Shown: one piece after another, positions 60,168-64,000 of the stretch
Position numbering within the stretch: position 1 is the first letter of the stretch
Layout: each line of letters starts with the position of its first letter
Assembly (NCBI RefSeq): GCF_009914755.1
Contig: NC_060948.1
Strand: one strand, 5' to 3'
DNA length: 64,000 bases
From: the human T2T-CHM13v2.0 reference genome, Homo sapiens
Notes under the pieces: generated by a model
Databases searched by the model: none
The model's input: only the letters and a program-made list of their open reading frames with translations
What the model was told of the DNA's origin: nothing
Made by a program: the position numbers and the translations under genes

Positions 60168-62271
60168 AGATCCATACTTTTTAAATGAAAAAAAATTTCA
60201 AAGGTACTCTGCTTGGTACAATAATCAAATGTATAAACTGAGGAATAAAACATAACCATGAAACCTACTTATAACTGCATATGGAAAATACAGAGGATAA
60301 TTTTTTAAATAACATATTTTGAAAGCCTTAACTAGTAATTTGAAGAGTTGGCATTTGAAAGGCCAGTATGAATATACCTTCAAAGCAGCAACACAGGTTC
60401 CCCATGAGAAAAAGCAAACACAGGGAAAATAAAAACACAAAGGTTCAATCTCTTCTGACCTTTGAAAGACACAGCACAGACAGTGGTCCTTAGGACGAAG
60501 AGCAGGAGACCCCTAATTCCGTCACCATGGCGATAGGGCATAAACATTGCTGGGTGAGGGCACAATCCACATTGTGAGGTCCAACTGCTGCCAGGAAGAC
60601 AGGAGTGCTTTTACATAGACCGAAAGGTCATTGAAGGCTCAGAGTTTTGTTTCAAGAACTGAATCCCAAGCCCACACGTTATTAGGCTGCGCTTCTTAAA
60701 ACAAGTTATGAGATGGGAAAAAGGGCACCCACAAACATACGTATACATTATGTATATAATAATATACAGTATCATATATATAATATATATAACCTATGTA
60801 TAATATTGTTTTACATCCTATATCTTATGTTATATATATTGTATAAAATATAATAATTGATAATATATAAGTTTTATAATTATACAATATGACATATAGT
60901 ATATATTATAATTTATGACATATATAATATATGTTATATATCATATATAGAATATATTATACGGTTAATATACGTATTAAATATAAATTATACATTATAT
61001 ATATTATATATAATATATCTGTTATATATAATACCCATTATGCATAATATATATATTATGTCTATGTTATATATAGTATAAAACAACATATAATAATATA
61101 TAATTGTATATATAAAATGCGACATATAATATATATTATATTTTATAAGATATGTAATATATATTATATATTATATATAATACGTTGTATGTATAATACC
61201 TATATTAAATATATATTATATGACTATGTTATTAATTACATGTCACATGTGTTATATATTATATATTTTACATAGAATATACCGGTTACATACAATATAT
61301 ACTATGTTACCTATAATGTATAATTTATTACATGTGAAATAAAAATGCAATATATTATGTAAAATTTATAACATACAATATGTGGAATGTGATATATATA
61401 ACATATAATATATGATATATGATATACAGTATATGATATATAACATACAATATATGATTCCTAATATATATGGTATACAATATATATTTTATGATATGTA
61501 TTCTATATGTTTTATATTCTGTTATATATAACTATTTGAAATTTTATATAACTGTATAATATTTTATGTAAATATGTAATATAATATATATAACTATATA
61601 ATATATTATATATAACTATATATTATGTTATATATACTTTTATAACATAATTTACATAAAATATCATAATATAATATATATTATATTATTTCATATTACA
61701 TAATATATATTACATATCACCCAATATAACTAACATACATAATATTATTATATAGATTATATTGTGTTATATTAAATATCATATATATCATGTATCATAT
61801 ATTCTATAATATATATTACACATTATATAATATGTATGTTGTCTATTATGTGATATATATAACTATATATATAATTATATTTTTATACATATAACTAGAT
61901 AAACATGTAATTCTACATATTTTCATTTATAATATGTAGAATTATATAATCATATATAATTATTTATATTCTATAAAAAATTTTATCATTCTATAAATTA
62001 TAATATATAAAAATTATAATATGTACTACAAATATATATATTATATATCATATATGATATAGTACCTTTGTTATATATCATAATACATATAAATGTGTAT
62101 TATGTTATCTATAATTATATAATTTCATATATAAGATGTATAATATGTATCATATATTATATATGTTATGTAATATATATAGTATATATAAGATGACACA
62201 GGATAAATATTATATACTATGACATATAAAATAGATGAGGTCATATGTTACATATAAGGCATAGCACATAA

Positions 62272-62586
<315 letters not shown>

Positions 62587-64000
62587 AGATCCATACTTTT
62601 TAAATGAAAAAAAATTTCAAAGGTACTCTGCTTGGTACAATAATCAAATGTATAAACTGAGGAATAAAACATAACCATGAAACCTACTTATAACTGCATA
62701 TGGAAAATACAGAGGATAATTTTTTAAATAACATATTTTGAAAGCCTTAACTAGTAATTTGAAGAGTTGGCATTTGAAAGGCCAGTATGAATATACCTTC
62801 AAAGCAGCAACACAGGTTCCCCACGAGAAAAAGCAAACTCAGGGAAAATAAAAACACAAAGGTTCAATCTCTTCTGACCTTTGAAAGACACAGCACAGAC
62901 AGTGGTCCTTAGGACGAAGAGCAGGAGACCCCTAATTCCGTCACCATGGCGATAGGGCATAAACATTGCTGGGTGAGGGCACAATCCACATTGTGAGGTC
63001 CAACTGCTGCCAGGAAGACAGGAGTGCTTTTACATAGACCGAAAGGTCATTGAAGGCTCAGAGTTTTGTTTCAAGAACTGAATCCCAAGCCCACACGTTA
63101 TTAGGCTGCGCTTCTTAAAACAAGTTATGAGATGGGAAAAAGGGCACCCACAAACATACGTATACATTATGTATATAATAATATACAGTATCATATATAT
63201 AATATATATAACCTATGTATAATATTGTTTTACATCCTGCATCTTATGTTATATATATTGTATAAAATATAATAATTGATAATATATAAGTTTTATAATT
63301 ATACAATATGACATATAGTATATATTATAATTTATGACATATATAATATATGTTATATATCATATATAGAATATATTATACGGTTAATATACGTATTAAA
63401 TATAAATTATACATTATATATATTATATATAATATATCTGTTATATATAATACCCATTATGCATAATATATATATTATGTCTATGTTATATATAGTATAA
63501 AACAACATATAATAATATATAATTGTATATATAAAATGCGACATATAATATATATTATATTTTATAACATATGTAATATATATTATATATAATACGTTGT
63601 ATGTATAATACCTATATTAAATATATATTATATGACTATGTTATTAATTACATGTCACATGTGTTATATATTATATATTTTACATAGAATATACCGGTTA
63701 CATACAATATATACTATGTTACCTATAATGTATAATTTATTATATGTAAAATAAAGAATGCAATATATTATATAAAATTTATATCATACAATATGTGGAA
63801 TGTGATGTATATAACATATAATATATGATATATGATATACAGTATATGATATATAACATACAATATATGATTCCTAATATATATGGTATACAATATATAT
63901 TTTATGATATGTATTCTATATGTTTTATATTCTGTTATATATAACTATTTGAAATTATATATAACTGTATAATATTTTATGTAAATATGTAATATAATAT

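Overview
The whole window is one uninterrupted head-to-tail tandem array of about 26.5 copies of a ~2.42-kb unit (2408-2436 bp, from the spacing of a recurring ORF landmark). Each unit has three parts: a ~1.56-kb very AT-rich simple-sequence block, a ~292-bp diverged Alu on the minus strand that lacks its first ~12 nt, and a ~565-bp more complex segment. This architecture, the 2420-bp period and a predicted 2,146-bp HaeIII fragment match the known human satellite HSat1B/DYZ2, most likely from Yq12 heterochromatin (recognised from memory, not by database search). I find no credible protein-coding gene, RNA gene, CRISPR array or new enzymatic system; the ORFs are repeat artefacts. What is worth a second look is the array's internal history. 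There are three variant blocks (about 1-21.8 kb, 23.3-43.8 kb and 43.8-64 kb), a 4-unit duplication (9,680 bp), a 2-unit duplication (4,824 bp), several single-unit duplications, a match at a 5-unit offset, a divergent orphan unit and possible gene-conversion tracts. There are also speculative regulatory motifs amplified once per unit: a CpG-free Alu B box and paired NBRE octamers.
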